Below, one piece after another: positions 15,947 to 25,334 of a stretch of 47,613 nt of DNA. This DNA comes from a virus (taxonomy: Duplodnaviria; Caudoviricetes). Within the stretch, counting starts at the first letter, position 1; each line of letters begins with the position of its first letter. The stretch spans positions 1 through 47,613 of the IMG/VR virus record IMGVR_UViG_3300022876_000192. One strand, 5' to 3'. The position numbers and the translations under genes were made by a program. Under the pieces are notes generated by a model. That model was given only the letters and a program-made list of their open reading frames with translations. It had not been told where the DNA came from and did no database searches.

Positions 15947-18565
15947 TTAGACATGGGGTTCGTCGTACAGCTTGGCGGCGTTACTCCTCGCCGCGTCCGC
16001 CATCATTCGCTGCATGTGCGGCATCAGATCCTGCGCCAAGGTTTGCGGATCTTTGACATCGCCCTGCACGGTCACCGGCATGCTCAGTGAATACTGAAAC
16101 TGCTGATCCACCTTGGCCGGCTCCGGCTTCGCCGGCTCCTTGGGCCGGATAGCCAGCGCCGCCGACTTGAGCGGCGCCGTCACCGCCATCGAGCGCGCAA
16201 CATCCCCCAACACCGGGCCTTGCTGCGCCGCTGACGCCATCATGAGCGGCGTGGATGGCACCGGCGCCTTTGCCGTTTGCTCGGGCTTTTCATCCTCGCC
16301 GCCGAACAGCGACTTACCCAACGACCCGCCCAGCGCCGCACCGCCCTGACTACCCAGGTAAGCACCGATCATGCCGCCGATCGCGGTGCCGATGATCGGC
16401 ACAACCGAACCAATGGCGGCGCCTGCTGCTGCACCGGCCATAGTGCCGGCCAAGTTGCCAGCGGCCGAACCGTAACCTTCGGCTTTTTCGTCCTTGGTCT
16501 TGGCGTTTTGAAAGGTTTCAAGCGCCATCGCGCCGGACTCCAGCAGCGTGCCGCCAGGAATAACCTTGGCCACCTTGCCGACCTTACCGACGGTTCCTGC
16601 GACGGCGCCGAGCTTGGACAATACCCCACCTGGAACGGAGGGGACTGATGGCAATGGGAGCGAAACAGGTGAACGAGGCACAGACGGGCGAGGACCTCTC
16701 GAACTCGGCAACGACCTGCGCCGAGCGCTGCGCCTTGACCCACGCCCACGTCGGCGCGATTCGCCCGACGCATCCACACCGCCACCCATAGCGCCGGCAT
16801 TGACGACGAAAACCTTCTTGACGCCGTCGTTACCTGCACCACCGTCAGTACCAAGGCCACCGCCTGTTGCCGCGTCCTTCACCCGCGAAACAACATCAAG
16901 GCCAGTCGCTACCAGATCAAGTTCTCCGGGGTTTTTATTTGGGGCTTCGCCCCCATTCCTGCCACCGCGCGACCCACGCGCAAGGTTTAGCAGCCCCTTG
17001 CTGATCTTGATCGTGCTGAAGATACCCTTTAAGGCGATCAGTCCCGCCCCGACAGTAGCGATACCGGCAACTACCCCGGGCGCGCTATCCGTCAGCGACG
17101 TAATGCCTTTAGTCACCTTGGTCAACGACTCGGCCACGGTGTCCGTGACCGGGCGCAGCGCATCACCGACGCTGCGCATGGCGTCATCCATCGACTGAGC
17201 CATTTCCGCCCATTTCTGCGATGACGACTCGCGCCGCTCGGCGAGGTTTTTGTCGAGGATCCCGGTCGCGTCACGCGAATCGTTTTTGAGCTGGCTGTAC
17301 AGCGCCTTGTTCTGCATGTAGGCCGACAGTGCGGCCTTGACCTGCATGTCGGCGAACAGGTCGCCGGTGCGCAGGGATTCTTCCAGCGAGGCCATCATGG
17401 CCTTGGCCTTATCGGGATTGGCTTCCTTGCTGATTTTTGACGTCGCTTCGGCCATGGCCGCCGCACGCTTCGGATCGGTCGCCTGAATGTATTTCTGAGC
17501 CAGCGACATGCTGGTCTCAAGCGTCGACATACCGTTTTGCAAACCGGTCTGCATCGATCCCTTGTAATCAATCCCGGCTTTTTCGTAAGCCTTGACCGTA
17601 TCGGTCGAACCGATTTTGCCCATCCAGTTTTTCAGGTTGTTGGCCGCTTCGTCCGAACTGCCGGCCTGCTTCATCTGCACCTGCAACATGGCGCCCAGTT
17701 GCGTCACCGCATCCAAGCCAGTGATGCCGTTGCTGGCCATGTTGGCCAACAGCTCCGGAAACCACTTGGCCATGTCGGCCGCTTCAAAGCTGCCCGCCTG
17801 CCCTTGGTAGGCAATCGCCTCCAGCGCCTGCTGCATCTGCTTGGGGTCGGTGATCTTGGCGTTCTGCCCCAGAGCGTTGATCATCTTCGCCGTGTCGACG
17901 CCGCTGGATCCCTGCCCCACGACAAACTTGGCCGCGACAGGCGCGTATTCCAGCGCCTTGCTCAGGTCCATACCGGCGCCGACCAACTGATTGACCACGT
18001 CGGCCACATCGTTGCGCGCCATGCCGGTATCGCGTGAAGTGTCGATGATCTTGCGCGACATCTCCTGTTCTTGCGGCTTGTTGGCAATGCCGGCCTTGAT
18101 CGCGATGTCTCGCACAATGGCGCCAAAATCCGCGCTGACCTTGGTCGGCACCGCCATGGCACCGATACCGACCACCGCGGCACCGACGGCGCCCTTCATG
18201 CCCTTTACGCCAGAATCAATCTGCTGATGACCCTTGGCTTTCAGCTCGGCCTTGTTGGCCGCTTGCCCCATCGAACGATAGGCTTTTTCCAGCCGGCCGA
18301 CCTCGACCCCCTGCTTTTTCAAGCTGTCGAGGTTCGAGTTCAAACGGTTGAGCAATTTGGACGCGACGGCAGCGCCGGTGTCGTGAGCCTTTTTCCATTC
18401 TTCGCGCAGGCGGATGGTGTCGCCAATCGTGCGCTGCAGCACGCGCGCTTTGTTGCCTTCAGCCTCAAGGCGCTTGATGCGCCCGGTCACATCCTTGAAC
18501 GCGGCGCCGACCGTTGAACTGACGGCACCACCGATCACCAGCCCGAGGGCGAGTTTGTTTGCCAT
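15947..18565 (-). CDS. tail tape measure protein
   Basis: 872 aa Ala/Gly-rich helical protein with a TP901-type core; position after the tail chaperones. Confidence 0.9.
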   Translation of the reverse strand: MANKLALGLVIGGAVSSTVGAAFKDVTGRIKRLEAEGNKARVLQRTIGDTIRLREEWKKAHDTGAAVASKLLNRLNSNLDSLKKQGVEVGRLEKAYRSMGQAANKAELKAKGHQQIDSGVKGMKGAVGAAVVGIGAMAVPTKVSADFGAIVRDIAIKAGIANKPQEQEMSRKIIDTSRDTGMARNDVADVVNQLVGAGMDLSKALEYAPVAAKFVVGQGSSGVDTAKMINALGQNAKITDPKQMQQALEAIAYQGQAGSFEAADMAKWFPELLANMASNGITGLDAVTQLGAMLQVQMKQAGSSDEAANNLKNWMGKIGSTDTVKAYEKAGIDYKGSMQTGLQNGMSTLETSMSLAQKYIQATDPKRAAAMAEATSKISKEANPDKAKAMMASLEESLRTGDLFADMQVKAALSAYMQNKALYSQLKNDSRDATGILDKNLAERRESSSQKWAEMAQSMDDAMRSVGDALRPVTDTVAESLTKVTKGITSLTDSAPGVVAGIATVGAGLIALKGIFSTIKISKGLLNLARGSRGGRNGGEAPNKNPGELDLVATGLDVVSRVKDAATGGGLGTDGGAGNDGVKKVFVVNAGAMGGGVDASGESRRRGRGSRRSARRRSLPSSRGPRPSVPRSPVSLPLPSVPSVPGGVLSKLGAVAGTVGKVGKVAKVIPGGTLLESGAMALETFQNAKTKDEKAEGYGSAAGNLAGTMAGAAAGAAIGSVVPIIGTAIGGMIGAYLGSQGGAALGGSLGKSLFGGEDEKPEQTAKAPVPSTPLMMASAAQQGPVLGDVARSMAVTAPLKSAALAIRPKEPAKPEPAKVDQQFQYSLSMPVTVQGDVKDPQTLAQDLMPHMQRMMADAARSNAAKLYDEPHV

Positions 18566-18603
18566 GTCATGACCCTCATGTGCCCAGCACTACCGATGGC
18601 GGC

Positions 18604-18720
18604 TCAATCCGTGAGCCACCACACCATATCCGCGAACGGCATCGACTGGATCTCGGCGGCGGAAAATCCGGTTTCCGCCGCCAGACGTTTCGCCGCCGAC
18701 TTGATCACGCTGGGGTTAAA
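18604..18720 (-). CDS. frameshift extension of the tail assembly chaperone (P2 E'/lambda T equivalent)
   Basis: 38-codon +1 frame FNPSVIKSAAKRLAAETGFSAAEIQSMPFADMVWWLTD* starting at the CTT TAA end of the chaperone gene. Confidence 0.65.
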   Translation of the reverse strand, partial: FNPSVIKSAAKRLAAETGFSAAEIQSMPFADMVWWLTD

Positions 18721-19315
18721 GCCCGTCGTCGTTGTCCATGCGAAAATAGCCGGCCTGCAAGCGGTTAAAATCCACCAGCTTCAGCCCCTCCAGATCCGCC
18801 ACCGAAGCGCCGGACAACGCCGCAAACAACACCAGCTCGCGCTGCTCATCGTCGCCACCCACCTCACGGTTGGCCGCTCGCACGTCGCCCACGGTCGGCG
18901 AACGCAAGGCCAGCTTGTCGACGGTCACCCCGTTGATTTCACTCGGACACGACAGCGTCACCAGCACCTGGTCGGTGGTCAGCGACAACCACGCCGGCAT
19001 CGAGTCCGAATAATCGGTTTTCGGTACCAGGTGCGAATACGCCGCCTGCACGCGGCGATAGTCGGCCATCTTGAGGCCTTCAAGATCCTTCAGCCCGACT
19101 TCAGCCAGACCGGCGAACAACATCAGCTCGCGCTGTTCGTCGTCACCATTGGCGGCGCGATCGGCCGCGCGTACCGCACGCACGGTCGGGGCACGCAGGG
19201 TCAACGCCTCGACGTCGACGCTATTGGCTTGGCTTGGGCGGGTCAGGGTTACGACGGCACCGATTGCACTGAGCGACAGCCAGGCAGGCAGGGTTTTAGC
19301 GATTACTTGAGTCAT
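18716..19315 (-). CDS. tail assembly chaperone with two tandem domains
   Basis: Between tube and tape measure genes; internal repeat PAWLSL...LR(A/S)PTV...DDEQREL.LF..L...LEGLK..D..R.QA.Y occurs twice. Confidence 0.85.
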   Translation of the reverse strand: MTQVIAKTLPAWLSLSAIGAVVTLTRPSQANSVDVEALTLRAPTVRAVRAADRAANGDDEQRELMLFAGLAEVGLKDLEGLKMADYRRVQAAYSHLVPKTDYSDSMPAWLSLTTDQVLVTLSCPSEINGVTVDKLALRSPTVGDVRAANREVGGDDEQRELVLFAALSGASVADLEGLKLVDFNRLQAGYFRMDNDDGL

Positions 19316-19328
19316 CTGGATCTATTCC

Positions 19329-19832
19329 TTACAGGCCGAGTGCTTGGCGCACTTCGAGCAGTTGGTCTTTGCCGTCGATCACCTGAATGCCGGCGACCAT
19401 GTCGATTTCGTACATCAGGCGCCCGTCAATTTCGAGCTTGTAGTACGTGACCGAAACGGCGTGTTTGATCTCGGCCGCATCACCGGCTTTCCAGTCACCG
19501 AGATCGACCTCTTTGAGGCGACCGCGCAGAGTGGCAACGACCGCTGTCACCGCGCCTTTTTGGCCCTTGAAAGCACCACGGAACGTGGCGTTAAACGCCG
19601 TGCCGTCAGCCAGGCCGAAGTATTTGAGCGACTCGCGGCGCACGCCCTTGGTGACAAACGAGGCTTCCATTTTCTCCAGCCCCTGATCCATCTCGATGGG
19701 GCCGGCCATGCCGCCCCCGCGATACTCATCGGTCTTGGTGGTCAGCTTGGGCAGCGTCAAGCTGGGCACGTCGCCGGAGAAGTTCACGCCGTCGACGAAC
19801 AGGTTGGTGTTATACAAAGTCTGAGGAATCAT
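19329..19832 (-). CDS. major tail tube protein (P2 FII-like)
   Basis: LPKL..KTDEYRGGGMAG and YYKLEIDG...EID motifs. Confidence 0.9.
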   Translation of the reverse strand: MIPQTLYNTNLFVDGVNFSGDVPSLTLPKLTTKTDEYRGGGMAGPIEMDQGLEKMEASFVTKGVRRESLKYFGLADGTAFNATFRGAFKGQKGAVTAVVATLRGRLKEVDLGDWKAGDAAEIKHAVSVTYYKLEIDGRLMYEIDMVAGIQVIDGKDQLLEVRQALGL

Positions 19833-19845
19833 TGGTTACGCCCCC

Positions 19846-21012
19846 TTAGGCTGCTTCAAGCACTTCGGTCATCCACTGATCGGTGACTTCGAAAAGGAAA
19901 TTCGGGTTCTCTGCCGGCGGCACGTCGGTGAAACGGATGCGCCAATACACCTTGCCCTGGGCGATCTGGCTGGCCGTGTTCAGTTCGGTGTCGGGGAACA
20001 CTTCAAAGTTGATGATTGCGCCCTGGGCTTTCAGGTCGCGCATGAATGCATCCAGACCGTTGGTGACATCGGTCACGTAGGTCTTGGTGATCGAGCGGTC
20101 AACCGCCCACTTGTGCCCGGCCTGCACCGCGTCCATGAGGATGAACAGCGTGCGAACGCGGGTAACGAACGCCCACTTCGGATCGCTCGACAGCGTGCGG
20201 TTACCCCACAGGCGATAACCGTCGTCGCGAATGATCGTGGTGATATTGGCGTTGTTGAGCAGGTTGGCTCGGCACGTCTCGTCGCCGTCCAGGTACTCGA
20301 CCGCGCGACCGGTACCGGTGATGCCGGTCAACTCCTTGTTCGACGGCGACGCCCAGAAACCGTATTCAGCATCCGTCCAGGCAAACAGCCCTGCCGCCCA
20401 AGCCGAACCGGGCGCGTCGACCGTCGAACTGGTGATGGTGTCCCAATACTTGACGCCCGGGTCGACCATGAACAGGTTGCGACTGCCGAAGTTCTCGGCG
20501 TAGGCAATAGCGGCCTCGTCGGTCGTACCCGGGCCGTCGATGATGCCAATAGCGCGCAGCTTCTGCGCCACGCTGTCGAGCGCCGTGGCCACCGCCTGAG
20601 TCGCGGTGTGGCCCGGGGCGATCAGCAATCGCGGCTGGGCGTTGAACAGGCTCTTGCCGTCGAGCAGCGCCTGTAAGCCAGTACGTTGCCCAGACTCCAG
20701 CACGCCGCCGATGATCGCAGAGGTTTGCAGCGCAGGGTCTTCCAGCTTGGCCACGCCGATGGCGACGATCACCGCCTTGGCTTTGACGTAGATCGCCTTA
20801 CACGCCTTGGTGATCGCCGAGTCAGCGCCGAAGGCGGCAATGGCTTCGCGCTCGGTGGTGATCAACTTCAGCTCGCCCGCTTTCGCCGTGCCTCCCCCGA
20901 GAACGCCAGGTGTGAATGTGTCGCACAGACCGATAATCGACGAAGACGGCAGCGAGATGGTGCGCGCGCCAGTGTCGACCGACGTGGTCGTGACGCCGTG
21001 AAAAAAACTCAT
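19846..21012 (-). CDS. tail sheath protein (P2 FI-like)
   Basis: FHGV, GFWASPSNK, GYRLWGNRT and PPAE motifs. Confidence 0.92.
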   Translation of the reverse strand: MSFFHGVTTTSVDTGARTISLPSSSIIGLCDTFTPGVLGGGTAKAGELKLITTEREAIAAFGADSAITKACKAIYVKAKAVIVAIGVAKLEDPALQTSAIIGGVLESGQRTGLQALLDGKSLFNAQPRLLIAPGHTATQAVATALDSVAQKLRAIGIIDGPGTTDEAAIAYAENFGSRNLFMVDPGVKYWDTITSSTVDAPGSAWAAGLFAWTDAEYGFWASPSNKELTGITGTGRAVEYLDGDETCRANLLNNANITTIIRDDGYRLWGNRTLSSDPKWAFVTRVRTLFILMDAVQAGHKWAVDRSITKTYVTDVTNGLDAFMRDLKAQGAIINFEVFPDTELNTASQIAQGKVYWRIRFTDVPPAENPNFLFEVTDQWMTEVLEAA

Positions 21013-21115
21013 AAGGGTCAGTCTCCAGAAACGAAAAAGCCCCGCATAAGCGAGGCTGTGAGGGTGTTCGTGTTACGCGTAACGGAAAAGAAAACGCCCC
21101 GTCAGTGCGGGGCGT

Positions 21116-21541
21116 TTATTGGAGTGCGGCCAGCCAGAGAGGCGATGGCGGACGATGCTCGACAAGCGGAAATTCGTCACCTTCCGGCCAGTTTCGAAGC
21201 GCCCGACGGAACGCTTGTAGTTCGGCGTATTGCTCGGCGCTAAGGGTTGTTTCACTGCCGTCCTCGTGTTCGTCCCTATGACGGATCACCAGGCTGTCGG
21301 TTTGCACCAACTGATCGTCGCGCCAGCCCCTTTCGATCCCCTCAAGAACTTCAGCGCTGGGCGCCGGCGGATCAATCAAGATCGGCAGCCCCTCAGCGTC
21401 ATGACTGCGAACCTTCCCATCCACTCGGCAAGCAATCACCGATAAATAGCACTCCTCAGAAATAGGGATCGCATCGTCGGGGATCATCGCGTGAACCCCC
21501 TTTAGGTAGGTACTTCCCGTGGTCGGACTGTAATAGCGCAT
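21116..21541 (-). CDS. tail fibre assembly chaperone
   Basis: ERGWRD..L..TD.LV.RHRDE and FRRALRNWP....FP....RP..P.WL motifs; follows the fibre gene. Confidence 0.8.
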   Translation of the reverse strand: MRYYSPTTGSTYLKGVHAMIPDDAIPISEECYLSVIACRVDGKVRSHDAEGLPILIDPPAPSAEVLEGIERGWRDDQLVQTDSLVIRHRDEHEDGSETTLSAEQYAELQAFRRALRNWPEGDEFPLVEHRPPSPLWLAALQ

Positions 21542-21551
21542 GCCAACTCCT

Positions 21552-23219
21552 TTATTTGCCGATGGCCAGCCAAGAAACACCCCGATTCCCCTGGACGTTT
21601 CCCGACGAACTCGACGTAACAACCTTTAAAAATATCTGCGAATTACTCACCACAGCCGACTCAACCCACGCAGAACCGCCAGAGGCGCCATCAACACCCG
21701 TTTGCCCCGTACCCCAAACGCCAAAGCATTTTCCGGTGGGCCAACCCATAGGAAGCGGTACAGTCGCAGTACCGATAACGCTTAGGCTGCCCCACTGAAT
21801 AACAAGCCCCCCCAACCACGAAGGGAGGGCCAAGTAGCCGTTAGCCGTAAAGCTCGACAAGAAGCCAGCACGTAGTTTTTTCGGCGTAACCATTGTGGCG
21901 TCATCGACGCCGGCATCCGTCAGCGTCTGCGTGGCGATCTTGGCCGTGCCGAGTTTGATTTCCGTGGCTTGCGTCGCTAAAGCAGCCAGCGCTGAAATAT
22001 CAATGTGTCCCTGATTGATGGGCGCATTCCAAGCCTTGATGCACCACATCACCGATAAGTTGCGCGGGCGCGTCCCTACAAGGGCGCCTCTGGTGTATTG
22101 GTATTCATCTGTCAGGTGCGCCGACGCTGCTGGCGATGCAGGGTCTACAACAGAAACTCCGACCCCAACATACTGCGTCGAACTGACAACATCACCGCCG
22201 ACTAACAGGTGGGACGTGCCCGATCCGTCAGCGTTATGTTTCCACCCAGGAGCAGCAGATTGAATTCCCGCTCCCGCCGGAGTAACAACATCCGTTGCCG
22301 TCAGTGTTGCTTTTTGCCAGCTACCGATTGCCCGGCCGGCATCTACACCCCGACCATGATCCCAACCACGCAGGAATTCACCGCGCGATTCGGGCAAGCG
22401 GAAGTTGCCAGCACCCTCGTCGCCCTTGTTGAAGGCCGTGCCGAGGAGTGTCGCCAGATCGGGATAGGCAGCAATGCTCTTTACGCTGCCGTCCAGCTCC
22501 AGAAACCCGGGCGCTAATTTGTCCAGCGGAAACGCTACTGTCGCACCGACCGGCAACGCCGAAGCCTGCGCAATCATTGCCTCGATTTCGGCCTTTGTGT
22601 AACTGTCCTTGATACCCATGGCGGCGAGCGTTTCTGGGTTGTCACCCGACACTACAATCCCGCGATCATTGACCTTGACGCGCGTGTATTCGCCCGGGGT
22701 TTTGTTCTTCGGCAGCACTTCCAAAATCGCCGCGTCGACGTAGGCCCGCGAGGCCAGCACAATCGCCGGGTCAATCTTGAGCTGAATGTTGCCCGTGCTG
22801 GTGACAATAAAGTTCATCCGCACAATCTGCGTGCGCCCCGAGCCTTGCGACAGCAACGGTTTGAAGCTTGGCGCGCAGTTGGCCACCGCCACCAGATCGC
22901 CGTCCGCATCGTAGAGGCCGATTTCGCGGATCCACTTACCGCCCTCGTCGGCCGGGATGATCTGCTCGGCGATGATCACCGCCGGGTTGACCGGGTCAAT
23001 CTTAAGTTGGTTGAGCGGCTTACGGCGCCACTCGCTGAGCAGCTTGGTTTGACTGGCCGACGGAACCGGATTAGGCGGATCCGCCTGCCCGTTCGGGTTG
23101 GCATCACCCACGCCCATTTGCGTGATCAGCCAGGGAATGCCGAGTGCGTCGGCGTTCGCCTGCTTGGCCATCCCCACATTCGTGAGGATCGCGAAAAACT
23201 GCGAATTCGCATCAATCAT
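21552..23219 (-). CDS. tail fibre protein (baseplate anchor, tail-collar domain, variable C-terminus)
   Basis: N-terminal GGKWIREIGLYD..G.L.AVAN..P; collar FRLPESRGEFLRGWDHGRGVD; TRPRN; C-terminal GLVIQWG. Confidence 0.88.
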   Translation of the reverse strand: MIDANSQFFAILTNVGMAKQANADALGIPWLITQMGVGDANPNGQADPPNPVPSASQTKLLSEWRRKPLNQLKIDPVNPAVIIAEQIIPADEGGKWIREIGLYDADGDLVAVANCAPSFKPLLSQGSGRTQIVRMNFIVTSTGNIQLKIDPAIVLASRAYVDAAILEVLPKNKTPGEYTRVKVNDRGIVVSGDNPETLAAMGIKDSYTKAEIEAMIAQASALPVGATVAFPLDKLAPGFLELDGSVKSIAAYPDLATLLGTAFNKGDEGAGNFRLPESRGEFLRGWDHGRGVDAGRAIGSWQKATLTATDVVTPAGAGIQSAAPGWKHNADGSGTSHLLVGGDVVSSTQYVGVGVSVVDPASPAASAHLTDEYQYTRGALVGTRPRNLSVMWCIKAWNAPINQGHIDISALAALATQATEIKLGTAKIATQTLTDAGVDDATMVTPKKLRAGFLSSFTANGYLALPSWLGGLVIQWGSLSVIGTATVPLPMGWPTGKCFGVWGTGQTGVDGASGGSAWVESAVVSNSQIFLKVVTSSSSGNVQGNRGVSWLAIGK

Positions 23220-23820
23220 AATAAACGTCCAGGGTGTCTATGGTGTGTTCGCGGCCGACCACGCCAAAGCTGCCAGTGACCTCGATGTCACGCATGACGG
23301 GCGGGTAAACGTCGATTTCGTCGCCTTCGTAGACGGACACGGCGATATTCAGATTGCCTTGAGTTTCCAGGCTGATCGCCAGCCCGGTCAGGTGCCGGGT
23401 GACGGGCTTGGCGTCATCAATCAGGCGTTCCAGCTCCTGATACATTTCCTCGGTGATGCCGGTATCGAGAACACCGACCTTCAGTGCAAAGGTGCCCGGC
23501 ACACCCTCGGGCACGGTCTTGAACCACTCGACAATCTCGATCAGATAGCCCAGCGGCTCGACCACGCGGCGCAATGCGCCGATCGTTCCCTTGTGCTTGT
23601 GGATGTAGTAAGACGCCTTGATGGCCGCGCGCTTGGTCGCCTCAGACCATCGGTAGTCCCAGCGATCGACCGACCACGCCCACGCCAGATGCGGCAGCAG
23701 ATGCACCGGACAGGTGTCGGGGTTGTAGAGGTCGCGCAGTGGGACAATCGTCTTTTCGAAAAACGCGGCCTCCATGGCCCGTTCCAGTTGCGTGCTGTTG
23801 AGCGGCAGTAGACTTTTCAT
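23212..23820 (-). CDS. baseplate wedge/tail protein I (P2 gpI-like)
   Basis: LLPHLAWAWSVDRW, HKHKGTIGA and AKPVTRHL motifs. Confidence 0.9.
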   Translation of the reverse strand: MKSLLPLNSTQLERAMEAAFFEKTIVPLRDLYNPDTCPVHLLPHLAWAWSVDRWDYRWSEATKRAAIKASYYIHKHKGTIGALRRVVEPLGYLIEIVEWFKTVPEGVPGTFALKVGVLDTGITEEMYQELERLIDDAKPVTRHLTGLAISLETQGNLNIAVSVYEGDEIDVYPPVMRDIEVTGSFGVVGREHTIDTLDVYYD

Positions 23821-23821
23821 A

Positions 23822-24703
23822 TCAGCCCGCCAGCCTCACGCTGTAGCCCATACAGAACGCCGCTTGCGCCTTGGTCGGGGCCAAGTCCTGCCAACCGACC
23901 AACTCAACCCGGGCAACGCCGGCAACGTGCAACTGGGCGTCAACAGCGGAGCGGGCGACCTCGACGCCCAGCCGCTTGCGTGGATTGATCCAGGCTGCCA
24001 ATCGACTTTTCGCCTCGGCCAAACTGGCATCTGCTTCGGGGCCGGCGCCAGCCATGTGCAAGATGGCGTCAATCTCGTAGCGGATCACCTGCGCGCTCTG
24101 CACGGTCACACGATCACCGACCGGGCGCACGTCATCGTCATTCAGCGCAGCGGCCACCGTCGCCAGCAGCTCCGGCGGCGCTTCACCCTCCCCATCAAAC
24201 CCCAGCACCGTTACCGTAACGTAGCAAGGCGCCGGGCTTTCGGCCGTGGCGTCTGCCACCAGCCCAGAAGCGTTACGCGCATGCAGGATGTAGCTGTTAC
24301 GTGGGCCGGCTGTGGTCAAACCCTCATAGGCCAACTGGATGCGTTCGCGAAACGGGTCGTCGTCTTCCATGACCTTGGGCACCGGCGGCACCGCCAGCAG
24401 ATCCTCGGCCTGAATGACCAGGCGCTGCAGATTGACGTTGGCCCCCAAGTGATCGAGGTCGCCGCGAATGGCGTGCGCCAGCAACAACGCCTTGCCGGCG
24501 TCATTGACCCGGGCGCGGTTGCCGACCTTGTTGTAAGCCCCAACCTCAAGCACTTTGACCACTGGATCGCTTTCCAGCGCGGCCGTCCAGTTGCCCCCCA
24601 TGTACCCGCGAAAGACGCCTAAACCGTCCTGATAAACCTCTTCGAAGTCCAGAGGCTCCAGCACGGTTGGCGCCGGCAGCGACGACAGATCAACGGTACT
24701 CAT
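23822..24703 (-). CDS. baseplate assembly protein J
   Basis: DLSSLPAP..LE.LDFE, TTAGP..SY and VRPVGDRVTV motifs. Confidence 0.9.
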   Translation of the reverse strand: MSTVDLSSLPAPTVLEPLDFEEVYQDGLGVFRGYMGGNWTAALESDPVVKVLEVGAYNKVGNRARVNDAGKALLLAHAIRGDLDHLGANVNLQRLVIQAEDLLAVPPVPKVMEDDDPFRERIQLAYEGLTTAGPRNSYILHARNASGLVADATAESPAPCYVTVTVLGFDGEGEAPPELLATVAAALNDDDVRPVGDRVTVQSAQVIRYEIDAILHMAGAGPEADASLAEAKSRLAAWINPRKRLGVEVARSAVDAQLHVAGVARVELVGWQDLAPTKAQAAFCMGYSVRLAG

Positions 24704-25026
24704 ACAGCCACCTCCAACGTGACGCCGTCGCCCAGGTACTTACCGACGATTTGCAGATTGATTTGCCCACCAATGACGGAAAGGACACGCACCTGGTCGA
24801 GCTTCAAACGTGGCTCCCAGCGCCCCAAAGCGCGGGCGACCTCAGCCTGTACGGCGCTTTTCCAGCCCTCGTTAACGGGCAAATCGACAAACCGCCGCAG
24901 CTTGCTGCCGTACTCCATGCGGTGCCGGCGACTGCCCAGCGGCGTGCTCAAGATGTCGGCAATGGATTGCCGCAGGTGCTCGATGCCGGATATGGGTAGG
25001 CCGGTCTGGCGATCCATTCCGATCAT
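24700..25026 (-). CDS. baseplate wedge protein W/gp25-like
   Basis: HLRQSIADILSTPLGSR...EYGS and RWEPR motifs. Confidence 0.9.
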   Translation of the reverse strand: MIGMDRQTGLPISGIEHLRQSIADILSTPLGSRRHRMEYGSKLRRFVDLPVNEGWKSAVQAEVARALGRWEPRLKLDQVRVLSVIGGQINLQIVGKYLGDGVTLEVAV

Positions 25027-25031
25027 CGATG

Positions 25032-25280
25032 TCACTCCTTGAACGGCTCGTATTCTTCGCTGGCTTTCAGGAACTTGACCGCCTCGATGTCGGAGGCCGG
25101 CACCACGACCGTCGCCTTCTCCACCGGATAGGAACGGTCAGTACCGGGCACGATCACCAGTCGCGACGTGAAGAGCTTGTCGCGGAATTTCAAAGACTCA
25201 GGCGATGAGTAAGTTGAGGATGACAATGCCGGTTCCGAGGACGCTTGCGCATCGGTTGAGGTCGTATCGATCTTGGCCAT
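25032..25280 (-). CDS. hypothetical phage protein
   Basis: ORF MAKIDTT... with GGAG SD, within the baseplate operon. Confidence 0.65.
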   Translation of the reverse strand: MAKIDTTSTDAQASSEPALSSSTYSSPESLKFRDKLFTSRLVIVPGTDRSYPVEKATVVVPASDIEAVKFLKASEEYEPFKE

Positions 25281-25334
25281 GTGGTTCTCCAGGCATGAAA
25301 AAGCCCGCACTGGGCGGGCTGTGGTGAGTCGAAA

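Noticed and set aside
21552-23219. Diversity-generating retroelement or invertible tail-fibre segment
   Set aside because: No reverse transcriptase, template repeat, invertase or inverted fibre copy in the window
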